The notes below the pieces were generated by a model, which saw only the letters and a program-made list of their open reading frames with translations, did no database searches and was not told where the DNA came from. A DNA stretch of 63,573 bases, counting the filler, from Bigelowiella natans CCMP2755 (taxonomy: Eukaryota > Protista > Cercozoa), in NCBI GenBank assembly GCA_000320545.1. It is 6 parts of 6 records of this genome, joined end to end, with 100 filler letters (N's around TTAATTAATTAA, not from the genome) between each part and the next. Parts side by side here need not be neighbours in the genome. Positions count along the whole stretch, not along the records: positions 1 to 5,948 come from ADNK01001790.1; positions 6,049 to 15,419 come from ADNK01003402.1; 4 more parts are not named here. One strand, 5' to 3'. Shown piece after piece: positions 1-12,569 of this stretch. Position numbers and translations under genes: made by a program. The stretch's first letter is position 1. Every line of letters begins with the position of its first letter.

Positions 1-1802
1 TTTTTTTTCTCCCGGGTCCTGGAGCTGTTTTTGGTGGTGCTGCTGTTGCTGTTGTTGTGGCTGTTGTTGTTGTTGTTGTTGTTGTTGTTGCTGCTGCTGT
101 TGCTGTTGTGGTTGATGCAGCCGTTGTTGTTGTTGTGGCTGCTGGTGCTGCTGGTGCTGCTGCTGATGATGATTCACGTGCTCCCTGGACGACGACATTT
201 CCGCACTCGCGCTGGGAGGCACTGACAACGATAATGATAATGACAGTGATATTTATGATGATCCGAGCAGCGATGAGGAAGAAGGGGGAAAGAGGGGGGG
301 GGGGGGGGTTGATTCTCTTTAATTCATTCATTCTCCATGCATGATCCATCCACCCATACATGTGGAGTCAGCGCCTCTCCAAAGGTCCTCCATTTCTCTA
401 TTTGACATGTGCGATGATTCGTTGGCCGCGGCAGGATGGCTGGGAATTGGGGACATCATTGCCCCCCCCTTACTGGATGGTGACGTTGAGGTACCTTTAA
501 GGAACATGAAGGAGGCGGGTAGGAAGGGGGGGGGGAGGAGAGGGATGAGGAAAACAGCGTCCGTATCTCAAAAATGCCATCTTATTAATATCTCCATTTC
601 TCATCGAAGAGCATCATCATATGAGGAAGCGAGATTCGTTTTCGGCCGGTGTAGGCCTTGTTCGCGAGGCAAAAACACCACCGACGCGCTTCCCCCGACG
701 TGGGGAGTGGAACATCTCACAGCATGCATTTGTGGATGCCAACATCAAACATTGCTGTTGAGACCGGCCGAGAGCGGATCTTGGCGTGGGGAAGAGGAGG
801 GATTCACGTTTGATATCTGCGGTAATAGGCATCAGTGCGTTTTGAGATCGGTGAATAACACCATCCTCTACATGGCAAGCATGCACATACATAAACATAT
901 AAAACACATGAAAGCGTAGTCTGGAGCACTTGACCGAATTATTTTGTGAAGAGATGCACCTTATCTATGTCAGGAGATTTAGAAGAAGATTTTTCATCTG
1001 GGGTGGTGATCAATGCGCGCAGCTCTTCGATCCTTTTATCCTGGGAATATATATATATTTAGTGTAGCAAAGCTGAAATATTTGTGAGAATTGCAGCGGA
1101 GAGACGTGGATATTACACACCAAAGTGTGTGGGGGGAGGGACACGCTGCTGGTCCCCATCTATCTTTAATAACCGAATTTATTGCTGCGCTCTATTCCTT
1201 ATGTTCCTCGGGGGAAATTTAATCGAAAATGTTATTTTTCTTTCTTTCTTGCAACCAGCACCTTTTGCCTTATCCTGCGCTTCAGATTCTTGATCTCGGT
1301 CTTCAAGTTCTAATCAGAGAATGTATTACGAGATGTGAGGAAAGCGTTCTACATCGAAAGGGGAGTGGTAGCAGGTCAGTGCTTCGCGTACAACGTTACG
1401 CTCAGTTCTGGCCGCTCTCCTGATCATTGTGTTTTGCCATGCATGCAAGTCTTTGTTCAGGTTTTGTATTACGATGATGACGCGTCGTTGCTCCCCAAAC
1501 AGCGCACGAGTTACGTCTAAAGACAGTTATTTGGATCATGGTCACCAAATCAGGAATCGGGTGGGGAACGTATGATGCAAACAACCTGTGGAGGTTCCCT
1601 CGATAATGGGGGTCTGTCGCGCAACAGCCTTCAGCGCCTGATATGTGTTTCTCAGTCAACATAAATAACTATGGACGACTATATAAGGAATACCTCTTGG
1701 ATCATCCGCTGGAGTCTGGCCGGAGTCCTCCCTCTGACAGCCTTTTCCGTGCCCCCACTTTTGCTCTTTGAAGTCCCGCTATTGCTGATTGCCTCTTCCA
1801 TT
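1..1802 (-). CDS. Multi-exon gene of unknown function with Gln-rich segment, running off the left edge
   Basis: Several GT-AG-bounded open segments on the minus strand (e.g. MEEAISNSGTSKSKSGG..., ALKAVATDPHYRGNLH, NLKTEIKNLKRRIRQK) and a (CAA/CAG)n tract at ~40-170. No recognisable domain; exon structure not resolved. Confidence 0.35.
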
Positions 1803-2328
1803 GTGACCTCCGAGCCTAGTTTGGAGTACGGTTTTGTTGAGTAACATTATTGATTAAATTCATTTGGCCATAGTTTATAGGAACGAGGTGGTAGATGGAG
1901 AGGCTGGGAAGAGACTTCATAGTGTTGAGAACCCCTCGCATTCTATTCCGGGTTCATCAGCCTTCTAATTCAATTTGTGCAGAGCCCGCCCCTCCCACCT
2001 CCCCCCATTGATATCACTCTGGAAAAACGAGGTTGGAAGAAATATTTTGTGCGCGAATGCGGTACCTCTTGCAAAAGTCCGAACAAGAATGAATTTCCGG
2101 ACAAAAGGGGGGGGGAGCGAACCAATTCAATCTGCTGTTCACGAGATGCCGAGGATACCGGAGGAGACGCAAAGTAAGAGTGATGTCGCAGTAAATGATT
2201 TCCACTTAATTATAAATATTGCCATTTTCCGATTGTTCTAGTTGTCGTTCGAGGGAAATAGAGAATGAATCATGTATATTTTTGGTCCGTCGCTGCAAGA
2301 AATTGGGCCCGGAACAGCTGATCGTACA

Positions 2329-4092
2329 CATGAGCAAGTGATGTTGACAGTTACCGTTCCACGTAAACTGATCTACTATTAGTTGATCTTCAAGTTCTTA
2401 GAAGTTTAATGCTTAGAATTTGTACAGAGTCCTCAGGGTCAGACAACAACAACAACAGCAACAATCTCCAACGAAATTACAAACAACCCAATGTCTGCCC
2501 CCCCCCGATCTCAGTCTGTGATCAACTCAAAACTGGTTTAAGGTAAATAGATATATGCTTGCAACATAGATTCACAAGGTTACCTGGTGTGTATTGGGTT
2601 AGATAGTGATGCAACAAAAGCCCGGATCAGTCAAGAGGCCCGGAGGCCACCGGAGGGCTGCAAGTTACTCTCTTTCAAGGTACATGAAATTGAAGGAAGA
2701 GAAAACCCATCCATCTGATGATCGTCCCGACGTTAAAAACTTCCTTAAACTGCTTGGGGCGTTCCAAATGTCTGTGTGTATCTCTGATGGTGGTTTGGTT
2801 TGGAGCGGAGTCCTTATCTGATGGGTTGGAAGCGGGATCGGTGGCGATCTCATCGATGGTTATTGTCGATGCATCTAGGTCACATTCACAGAAGTCAAGA
2901 TCAGGCGCATCCTCTGCGAAGATCAATGCAGATTCATCATCGTCCTCGTCTTCGAGCACATTTAAGAGGTCCGGGTCGAGTGTGGGCAGCAGAGGAATCC
3001 GAGTCTTAGCTTCTTCCAGCCCCAGCAGTACCAGCAGCATCAGCAGCAGTGGACTTTTACGTGGGAAGCGGAGCAGTATATCTGGAAAGACTAAAGCGGT
3101 ACCCAAAGGAAGGATTCTCGTGTGCGTTAGGTGATAATAAACGTAATCTGTATTTAGTCCGTGGATGTTACCTTCGTGCGTGTTTGTGTGTCTGCCCTAC
3201 ATACGAGCGGGCCGTGCCACAGCTGAGTACTTAGTAGCCTGATTTTGACATCTCCCTCCCTCCCTCCCTCCCTCCCTCCCTCCCTCCTAGGATGAGGCCA
3301 CTCAATACTGAGGAACGCAAGAGTCAGGAACCCATCGCATGGAAGCTGAGCAAGCAAACAGGTCCTCCATTTAATATTGAGCCCATAAGAGATCGGTGCC
3401 TAGATGCCTCTCACACAAAACACTGCTAGTAGAGCTGATAAATAACCCGTACATTCGTATGACACGGCGATTGTGCCGCTGCGATGTTCCTCCTCCTTCG
3501 TGTTCTACTTCTATCTCACAGTGACAGATGTGCTCGATGAGAGCTCGTACCGATTCGACTACGTGTTCGGGCCAAGAGCGCCTACCCTTGAAATCTACAA
3601 GAAACTAGGTTTGATAATCGTTATTCATCATAATCACAACAATAACAACAACAACAACAACGACGACGACGGCGATGACGACGACGACAACAGCAAAGTA
3701 TACCGTAACAAGGGGATTCCCAAATGGGCGGACTACCAGAACCCTCTTGTTGCTGCCATAAACGAGACCACTGATAGGAGAGAATTCAACTCGTTATCGC
3801 GTTCGCCTTTTCCATCATAATATTCGCTCAAATAAGACGGTGTCGTTAGCACCAAAATGAGTGCCGCTGTTTAGCAGCAACGGCATAGTTCCGATCATGA
3901 TACTTCCATTGACAGGGAGGAGGATTGTATTTGAGGCTCTTTCCGGTTTCAATGCCAACATGTTTTGCTATGGCCAAACCGCCTCAGGCAAGTGTCCGAA
4001 CAGAGTGTATATCCTGCATATCTCTATTATAAATTTTAGCTGGCCCTGCTACGCGCGCGCGCGCGCGCACACACACACACACGGATCAATGT

Positions 4093-4164
<72 letters not shown>

Positions 4165-6048
4165 TTTGAAGTGAGTCTGTACTTGCGTTCACGAGGTTGT
4201 GCAGCAAATAATCGATAGTTTTCTCAGGAAAGACATACACCACACTCGGCAATTCGCAATCCCCAGGGCTTGTGCTTCATGCGGTAATGATCAAATTCGT
4301 GTGTTCATGTGTATATAATTGCAATCTTACAAGAATGGCAAGGAGTTCCCTGCTCCCCCCCCCCCCCCCTCCCCCCCCCTGCACCCACATATTAACTAAT
4401 CCGATGAAAAATTCTGATATTTCTCAGATGAGCGATGTCTTTCACTACATTCGCAAAACGCCAAGGTATAACACGACCTCCTACGCACGTGGAACGCGTC
4501 CACAAGCACACACTTTAAAACGACAGGGAAACTTAATTTTAAGACATGCGCAAAATAGCGTGTGACGTGCGTTGTCTCTTGTGCGGGGGAAACTCATAAA
4601 AAATGATTTGCTTCAATAGCCCTCATTAACTTTGCATGTGTAGTCGGCAATTTCTGCTTCGGGTGGGATGTATCGAGATCCATAACGAGCAGGTGCACAT
4701 AGGGGACAAAGCGGGGGGGAGGGGGGGGTTCTGAGAGCAGGGAACACATAAAATAAATTTGATGAAGCGACTCATTTAGCAAGAGACTTGCCATAGCATG
4801 TTAGAGATATTGGGCTTCTTATGCATAAACCACGTGTTTCCAATATTTACCCGTGCTCTCACCACACAAGCTTAGACAATTCGATGTTTTTTTAGAGGTT
4901 TTTATTCTCTCTCCTCATCGCCATCCCCTTTTCAATCGTTCTATTGTGCACCGATCTTTCCCCAGGTAAATGACCTGCTAGGAGGGGGGACTGACCTCAG
5001 GTAGTGCATGCATACGCTGCTGTGGCATCTGTGCTTTGTGTTCGCAAAATGTGTATAATAGTGAGCAAGAACGAGTTGGACATGTGTACGTTACCGTCCT
5101 ATCCTTGACCCCCCCTGAGAATTTATGAGAAGGAATCCATTACTTTCCTCTTGTATCTAGTATCATCAAGTATCTTTTCTCTCACCTCCTCCTCCTCGCC
5201 TTTGAGTCATCATCGTCGTCGTCGTCATCATCATCATATCATTATCCTCCTCATCATCATGAGCACGAGCTTCGCTTCATCAGGGTCGAATGGAACGCCA
5301 AGACGAAGGAGGTGTATATCAAAGGCCTTACCGAGGTAGTGATCAATACATGACGGTGGTGTTTTCGATCTCTACAGTCTTCATATCTTCGAGCACCAAC
5401 AAATCCATAACCGCAGCGTTTCATCCGGAGCTCCGAGGACTTCATCAGGTTGATTCTCAAGGCAGAGGTAGTACCGTCATCTAAGCCAACAGTTCGGCGT
5501 TGCGAGGAGCTACAGGGTCTTGAAAGATGGAATGGATGGCCAACTATCATGCATGCATACATCCACAAGATATATATACGGGAAAATCATTTTGGCCTCC
5601 ATTTCCAACCGATCTTCCTTGCGAGTGCGCAAATTGCCCCCATTCGATTGTGCTCAAAACAGCTCGCACGTTAAGCCGCGCCTCTTTCTCCTCCTCCTAA
5701 TAAAGAACCTCGTTCTATATCATCAGATGCGTCGCAAAACCGCCGCGACATACGCCAATGAGAGGAGCTCTAGATCCCACACGATCTTCAGGTGTAAATG
5801 GACAGGGAGGTGGGGGGGGGGGGGGGGGCAACAAAGCACACCTAGTACAATATAGTATCCATCGTTGAATGAAAACCCCCCTCCCCCCTTTCCATATATT
5901 TTTTTATAAATTTTTATATTTATATTTTTAAAAAAAAAAAAAGGGGGTNNNNNNNNNNNNNNNNNNNNNNNNNNNNNNNNNNNNNNNNNNNNTTAATTAA
6001 TTAANNNNNNNNNNNNNNNNNNNNNNNNNNNNNNNNNNNNNNNNNNNN

Positions 6049-6079
<31 letters not shown>

Positions 6080-6565
6080 ATTCACATCAAGTGCTGTGAC
6101 CTTTCATATCGGCGCTGCTTCGGAAATCGTGTTTCGCTGTTCGTCCTTCCCTAGAACGACACCGACAGGAAGAAGAAGAAGAGGAAGAGTGGATAAGGGG
6201 GTCAGCTTGGGAAGGCTTGACGCGGAAAGGTGAAAAAACATTGATGATTCGACATATATGTGTATAAGAACACGACTAAAGTTATTTATGTCTTTATGAT
6301 ATATATGTGCGCGTGTATGCGCGTGCGTGTGCATGTTCATTCAGATTATATTCATGCATACAATATTAGTTTGCGAACAGTATTTCTCCATTTCCACACA
6401 ATGCCGCGCTACTACATCCCCCCCTCCCCCCCCCCCCCTGCTGCGCCTGCTCTCCTTGCTCTTGCTTGCGACCAGTTGAGGGACAGTCGGGGGTTATCAG
6501 CAGAGCTGCGAAACGAGCGCTTATTTGCGCCAAAACTCATCGAGCCCTCCATTTCTGTCACCTGA
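2329..6565 (+). CDS. Kinesin motor protein (kinesin-7/CENP-E-like), multi-exon, interrupted by an assembly gap; start and end uncertain
   Basis: Spliced exons give RILVCVR-MRPLN, YRFDYVFG, GFNANMFCYGQTASG|KTYT (P-loop), IEIHNEQ-VNDLL, VYIKGLTE and ATYANERSSRSHTIF (switch I), with a Ser-rich N-terminal extension. Confidence 0.9.
5949..6048. other. Assembly gap (N-run with TTAATTAATTAA spacer)
   Basis: Directly visible; the same 100-nt construct recurs at 15420-15519, 20595-20694, 47857-47956 and 61125-61224. Confidence 0.99.
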
Positions 6566-7739
6566 AAGAAATCGATGATTGCATCGTGCACGTTTCTATT
6601 TTTTACAACAAAGTATGTGAATGATTGCTATTTCTGATTCGAGCTTTGAAGGATCACTCGCTTGCTGAATCAATCCATGGCAACAACATGAACACCTTTG
6701 GGGGCCGCATTGTTCCAGAGAAATCGTAGAATACTGCGCGAGGGCTGCGGGAACGCCGGCCTCTTTCATTTTTCTCCGCAAACAACACTCCTGCGGTTAG
6801 TGCGGGGGTTAAGCCTAAAGGACGCACCGTGGGGTTGGCAAATACCTGGATTTAAGACGCTTTCGTTTGAGCGAGCCGCCTCCGCTTCGATTGAAAAGAA
6901 ATGTGTAGCCGTATGAGTAGATCTAGGCCCGAACGTCAGCGACACAAGCTCTCTGGTGTCGACGAAAGCCGACGAGGAGGACTCCATTCTCTCCACTGGC
7001 ACGTTCTGACCTCGAATTGTTGTAATTATTGTTATGGATGCCTTTCAAATCTGCATTTAGACAAAATAGTTCAGATGTTCTTTCGATAATATCTGGTGAA
7101 ACTGAATTATCAGTCAACAAGCCGGATCTAAATAGTCAAAGACTCGAAGACGATCTATGTTTCAAGAAAGCGACAACCCACAGTTGTAATAACAGGTATT
7201 TTCCCGGTAGATCTATTTTCCATGGTTTTGATCACTATTTGAACGACAAAGTTCAGCTGGGCTGCGTATCCAAGTAAGCTCATTTTTTTTCTTTTTATGC
7301 TTTCTGAGTGCAATTTTGCCTAAAATCTATTGGGGTTCCCTAGGATTCTGCTCTATTTCCGGATTTCTGAGAAATGACAAGGTAGTCTCCAAAACTTCTC
7401 CCGTGGAACGTAAGACTTCTTTGACCGAAAGCGGAAGTAATGCATAAATTCTCTGTTATTTTTCTAAACGACAACGATTGAGACCAGCCGTATAGTTGGC
7501 TAATGGATGATTAAAACTGATGGATATCATGCACGTGAAAGCTCAGTTCACTCTTAGAATTTTGCACGGTTCTCTTGGGCAAGGATAACTTCCTATGCGG
7601 AATTAGATTATCCCTGTCGTTGAAAATGAAGAGAGTCGAATTAATGATTTTTCAAAAAATATTCGGAATTGTTACACTTTACATCTGAATCCTATTGGGA
7701 TTCTTCCGCAACTGAACAACACAAAACCGCAATCGTACA

Positions 7740-8772
7740 ATGGGCTGCTCCTCCTCTCGTCCTCAGACAGATGGCTACGTCATTAACGGCTTCTACATGT
7801 CCATGCGCGAAAAGTATATGTTTGAAATGCCCACACAGATACTTTAGCTTCTTTTTTCTCATAATGTAACTGTCTCCTGAAAATATTTAAGAAAGTGCTC
7901 GTTTTTCCCGAAATTCTTTAATGCGATTCTTAATGCCACCACTTTCTCACCGCTTGTTACGGATGTGCATAGATTCGTGGCTAAAGATGCCTCCATTACA
8001 TACCTGATGGTGGAATGGGACGAAAAAGATCTCTCGTGGGGAGATTTCCGGGGTAAAGTTCTCGGTGCCACTGATCCCGCTAAAGGTTATTAGGAATTAA
8101 GACTTATGCATTTATTACCATTGGTTCGGATGATAAGCTTTATTATTTAATTGATCAGCTGAGAAGGGGTCACTTCGTGCAACAATTCTCGAAACCTACG
8201 AGGAGCTTGGTCTCAAGTCTGAGCCAAACACCGGAGATAATGGAGTGCACGGCAGTGCGAGCCCGTTCGAGGGTCTCTGCGAGAGGATGAACTGGGCGGA
8301 AACCAAGATGAAGGAAGATGCATTTGGAAAGGCTCTTTTGGACTTGAAAATTGACCAAAAGGTTATTATGGACTGGACAAAGGACCCACAGGTAGGCGTT
8401 TGCCACTGCAACTTACCCATTAACATATCTTGCGATACACTGGATGATCTTGACTACAGCAGATAACTAAAGATCCACATTTCTTACCTTTTCCTCAATC
8501 TAGATCGAAGTTGATGGCAAGAAGACTTCCCTATTCGACTTCATGGAGGACGTCGATGCTTCCAAATGTCTTGAGAAGGCTAAATCTGTGGCTAAGGCTG
8601 AAGGAGACGTAACTGCGGTCAAAAATATGGCCTTCGTCTTTATTAAGCCTCACGCGAACAACGAGAAGGTTCTTAAACTTGTCAAAGACAAGTTTGAAGA
8701 GCTGAAAATTACGGTCACAAAGGAGGCAAAGGTATTCATATTAGTAATTGTGTTCAATGGGCGCGCGCATAA

Positions 8773-8806
<34 letters not shown>

Positions 8807-9692
8807 CAAATGTGTAAATGTACTATGCTGTAACATTGTATGTGTATGTTGGGGTTCATTGACCAGATCGAGGCGGCTGTTATCGACAAGAAGCTCTTGA
8901 TTGATAACCACTACTACAGCATTGCAAATAAAGCAAGTCTTACCAAACCGAAGGACCTCCATGTACCTGAAAAGGGTCTCAAGGCCTTCGAAGAAAAATT
9001 TGGAATTAAATGGGAAGAGGGTAGGCTACTACATATCATGATATAAAATCTTCCATTCCATCTTTGATCTCCCCCCTCATTCAGAATCTGTAAGTTTCAC
9101 CATCACTCGTTCCAACTCTATTTAGCTCTAAAGAAGAAGATTGTGATGAACGCCAAAGAAGCTTGTGCTCGCTATAAGGTGTTTTTCAGGCAAATCAATG
9201 ATATGAATGAAAATACACTTTTGTGTAAAATAATGGCACTCGCATACTGTTTCATGACGGTCGTTACGGATTATTTCAACTCAATGGACTAATCCCATCT
9301 GTGTTCAGCTGGACGCAACTGAGATGAACGAGCGTTGGGCCAAGGCGAAGAAGGATGGCAACATGCTCAAATTCGGGGGCGGATTTTACTGCGGAAAGGT
9401 GTTCAGCGCTCCACCGGCTGAAAAAAGGGAAGAGGGGAAGGAACCGGCTGAAAAGAAAGAAGAGGGGAAGGAACCAGCTGCCGCAGATGCAGGGGAAGTG
9501 ACAGACAAGGCGAAGGCTGAGGAGGGAAAACCGGCAGAAGAGGCTGCCAAGGCGGAAGAAAAGCCGGCAGAAGAACAGCCCGCCAAGGCCGAGGAGAAGA
9601 AATCTGAAGAAGCTGCCAAGGCAGAAGAACAACCCGCCAAGGCCGAGGAGAAGAAATCCGAGGAAGCACCAGCTGAAGCCGCCAAGGAGTAG
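7740..9692 (+). CDS. Nucleoside-diphosphate-kinase-like protein, circularly permuted, with MGC N-terminus and Ala/Glu/Lys/Pro-rich tail
   Basis: Seven GT-AG exons in frame: 7740-7813, 7973-8085, 8159-8391, 8504-8731, 8867-9020, 9126-9178, 9309-9692. Motifs in order: MGCSSS, VLGATDP..GSLR, NGVHGSAS (catalytic His motif), then AFVFIKPHA and KFGGGFYCG. Confidence 0.88.
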
Positions 9693-9849
9693 AATTAGAA
9701 AAAGAGATGAGGCTTCGTGGCTGATTATGAGGCGATGGTGTTGCATTCCTTGGCAGCAAGTTGATCGATCACGCGGTCTTTACTGAATAAAGTCTGCTGG
9801 TTCAATGTCTATCTATGTACATTCAAAGTCGGTCATCATCAAATATTCA

Positions 9850-10980
9850 GTGTAGTAGGCATGCGCAGAGATTCAGTAGCTCCATTACTTGTAAACATGC
9901 AATTCGCAATCCATGTTGCAATTTTGCCAGGCTATACTAGCTTTATTAGCAGGGTGAAAGTTGTGTGGCGAGACCAGCAGCCCAAACAATCATTGCGCTC
10001 ATCAAATCTGACATTTAGTTCAATATGAGCCGGCTCACACATCGCGTTGTGCGAGGTAAAAAAAACATGCACACATGCACAACGCTCAACAATGCTAGAA
10101 TGCTAGAAAAGCTGCAGTGCGTGCCTGATTGAATCATCATTAGCGCATATTGTGGCGATCTGATCGAATGAGTCATAGAGCTGGCTAGCTGGCTAGCTGG
10201 CCCGGCTAGCCGGTTTCCAGCAACACTGCTAACTTGTGACGACTAGACAAGATTGCGAGATGTTGCTGCTAGACTGCAACATCGAACACCTAATGCCAAC
10301 GACAGCGCATGCACATTCGAATGCAGCAGTGCACGCACAGGTCTACTAGCTAGAGCTGCACAGCACAGCACACAGCTAGACAGTCCTAGAGTCGTTGACT
10401 AGACCGCCAACAACTTGACTTCAGAAAACAAACACTGCATGCTTGTGGTGCATGACTGGATGATGCTGGATTTTGATTGTGCAGGCACAGCACAATGTGA
10501 ATTAGTCACAGCTAGCTAGCTAGACAGGAAGCAACATTTATTTGTCTAATTTACGAAATAATGCTACATAGGGAGTTTGGGAACGTCGGAATTCACTTCA
10601 CAGACAGGGCCGTCACATCATCGGGCAAAGAAACGCCTTCACTTTTGGCTTCTCTGTTTCTGTTTTCCTTGACTTCTTGACATGTCACACCGCCTGCTGG
10701 AACGGATTGTGTAATGGATTTTCCGACCACTCCCGAGCCCATCACAGCGAGTTTACATGACAGATCCTTCTTCTTGGTATCGGTAGACATGGAAATTAGA
10801 GCTGCTGTTGCATTTTGGGGGGACTGTGAATCGAGCACATGTGTTCTCAGCGTCTGCCTGTCGGGATGCGCAGAATCCATGAAGCATGCCCAAAACATCA
10901 TTGTCGCACATCCGAAACGTCAAGAATTCGCAAGTTTTTAATCAATGGTCCTGTTGTTCCATGTCGCACAGTGATTATCC
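9850..10980. other. TpA-depleted, CTAG/TG/CA-rich intergenic island 1
   Basis: Remaining TA mostly within CTAG (gctagaatgctaga, ggctagctggctagc, gctagctagctaga); abundant TGCA/CATG/CACA. Confidence 0.75.
10715..10790 (-). pseudogene. Ras/Rap-family small GTPase 5' fragment (P-loop only)
   Basis: MSTDTKKKDLSCKLAVMGSGVVGKS matches the Ras G1 region (YKLVVxGxGGVGKS); no G2-G5 motifs follow in frame. Confidence 0.65.
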
Positions 10981-11033
10981 CATGTGTTTTTAGATTTGGA
11001 ATTCCAGCCATTCGACAGACCGACAGACCGACG

Positions 11034-11768
11034 ATGCTTCGGGTCACTACCCTCCTCCTCGTCAGCAGTGCTGCTATTGCCGACTCCCTTAGCAGGTAAT
11101 GATGAGATTTTCGTATCTTTCGAGAGAACTAGAGGAGGGCTGAACTATCACGTTATTCCCTTATCTGTCTGCCTCTCGAAGCGGGTGGCCTGTGGAGGGT
11201 TGACATTCGAGTTTATGGCTCCTTTTATCCTCAGTCGCTATGCTCTGGGGCGGCGTGCATCAGCACTACGCGGGATGAGAAGTATTAGTCCAATGATTTT
11301 GTCTGCTCCTTGTCGAAGCAATCCAAAGATCCGAAACACAGAGAGGGAAGCTCTTCGAAGTACCCCTCCCAGGAGGAACAGAGCCATCATAACTCGAGCT
11401 ACGTGGTTGGATAGCAAAGGAGTCGTGGAGGTCGACTTGCCGCTGGAACGTTGTTGGAAAATGTGGCAGGTTTGTATTTTACCTCTGTCTGATCATCATA
11501 TACACAGAGAGTTTGTTGGAAGAGAGAGATGGGGCAACACGTTGATGTTTCAACAAAATACATTAAGTGTTAAAGTTTCTCATGAACTTCCGGGAATTCG
11601 ATCAGAGACGCGAAGAAATTCCTCAATGGATGCCATGGATTCAAGCCGTCGAAGTGGATAAGAAAGATAATGATGTAAATTCATCTCAAATTATACACAT
11701 ATAGAATAAGAAAATTATACATATATAGAATAAATTATATGTTTAAATTTGAACACATATACTTTATG

Positions 11769-11815
<47 letters not shown>

Positions 11816-12229
11816 ATTGCGTATATGTGTACAGCATATCTTTGCTCGTATTAGTGTTAGTCCTGTGCTGGTGTGTGATTTATGTTAACCCCGCGGTTAC
11901 TCTAAGGTGTCTCGCTGGCTGTTATCAACGGAGGCCTTAGGTCAGAAATTTGAGTTTTCCTGGAAGGCACGTAATTTGCCTCCTCTCAAGAACAAGGTAA
12001 GAGTCATTATAATCGGGACAGCGTGGTGTCGATAATGATGAATGTTAAGAATATTACAAATAATTATCTTTTTGGAGCTCCTCCACGCGTCAGCGCTTTC
12101 CGCCTATTGGCCCTCACCCGTTCTACCGTGCTTTCCCTCAGATGATTCACTGGAAATCGGTTGATGGATCGATGGGGGGATCTGGCTTTGCATCAGCAAT
12201 ACAGGTTACTTGGACAAAATTAAAAAAAG

Positions 12230-12268
<39 letters not shown>

Positions 12269-12564
12269 ACCATCATTATCAGTACCCAGGATTTGTTGAG
12301 GAGCTTGCTGTGCAAATTTCCGCATTCCCTCTTTTCCCCCACATTCCGCGCCAGGTGCGAAATAAGGGGGCGGTGCGCTTCCGTCGAGTGGACGAAGAGA
12401 AATGCGAAGTCCAGCTTGTGATCTCGTTTGAAGTCCCAGACCTTCTTTCACCGATAGCAGAGCAAGTTACGCCAATTGTCGACTCCATTCTGCAAGCGGA
12501 CATGGACCGCTTTAGGCAGAAAGCGCTCGCAGGGGAGTTGAAGGAATTCGATGAGATGAGATAG
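11034..12564 (+). CDS. Plastid-targeted SRPBCC/START (polyketide cyclase-like) protein
   Basis: Signal peptide MLRVTTLLLVSSAAIA, then an Arg/Ser-rich transit-like peptide, then TWLDSKGVVEVDLPLERCWKMW, IPQWMPWI, FEFSWKARNLPP, IHWKSVDG, NKGAVRF...ADMDRF across GT-AG exons. Confidence 0.85.
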
Positions 12565-12569
12565 AGGAA

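Noticed and set aside
5949-6048. Palindromic TTAATTAATTAA inside N-runs (five places)
   Set aside because: Artificial six-frame-stop scaffold spacer, not biological.
6596-7700. Short ORFs upstream of the NDK gene as possible missing NDK 5' exons
   Set aside because: No IKPH or GGGFYC motif seen, and a good ATG with MGC motif exists at 7740.
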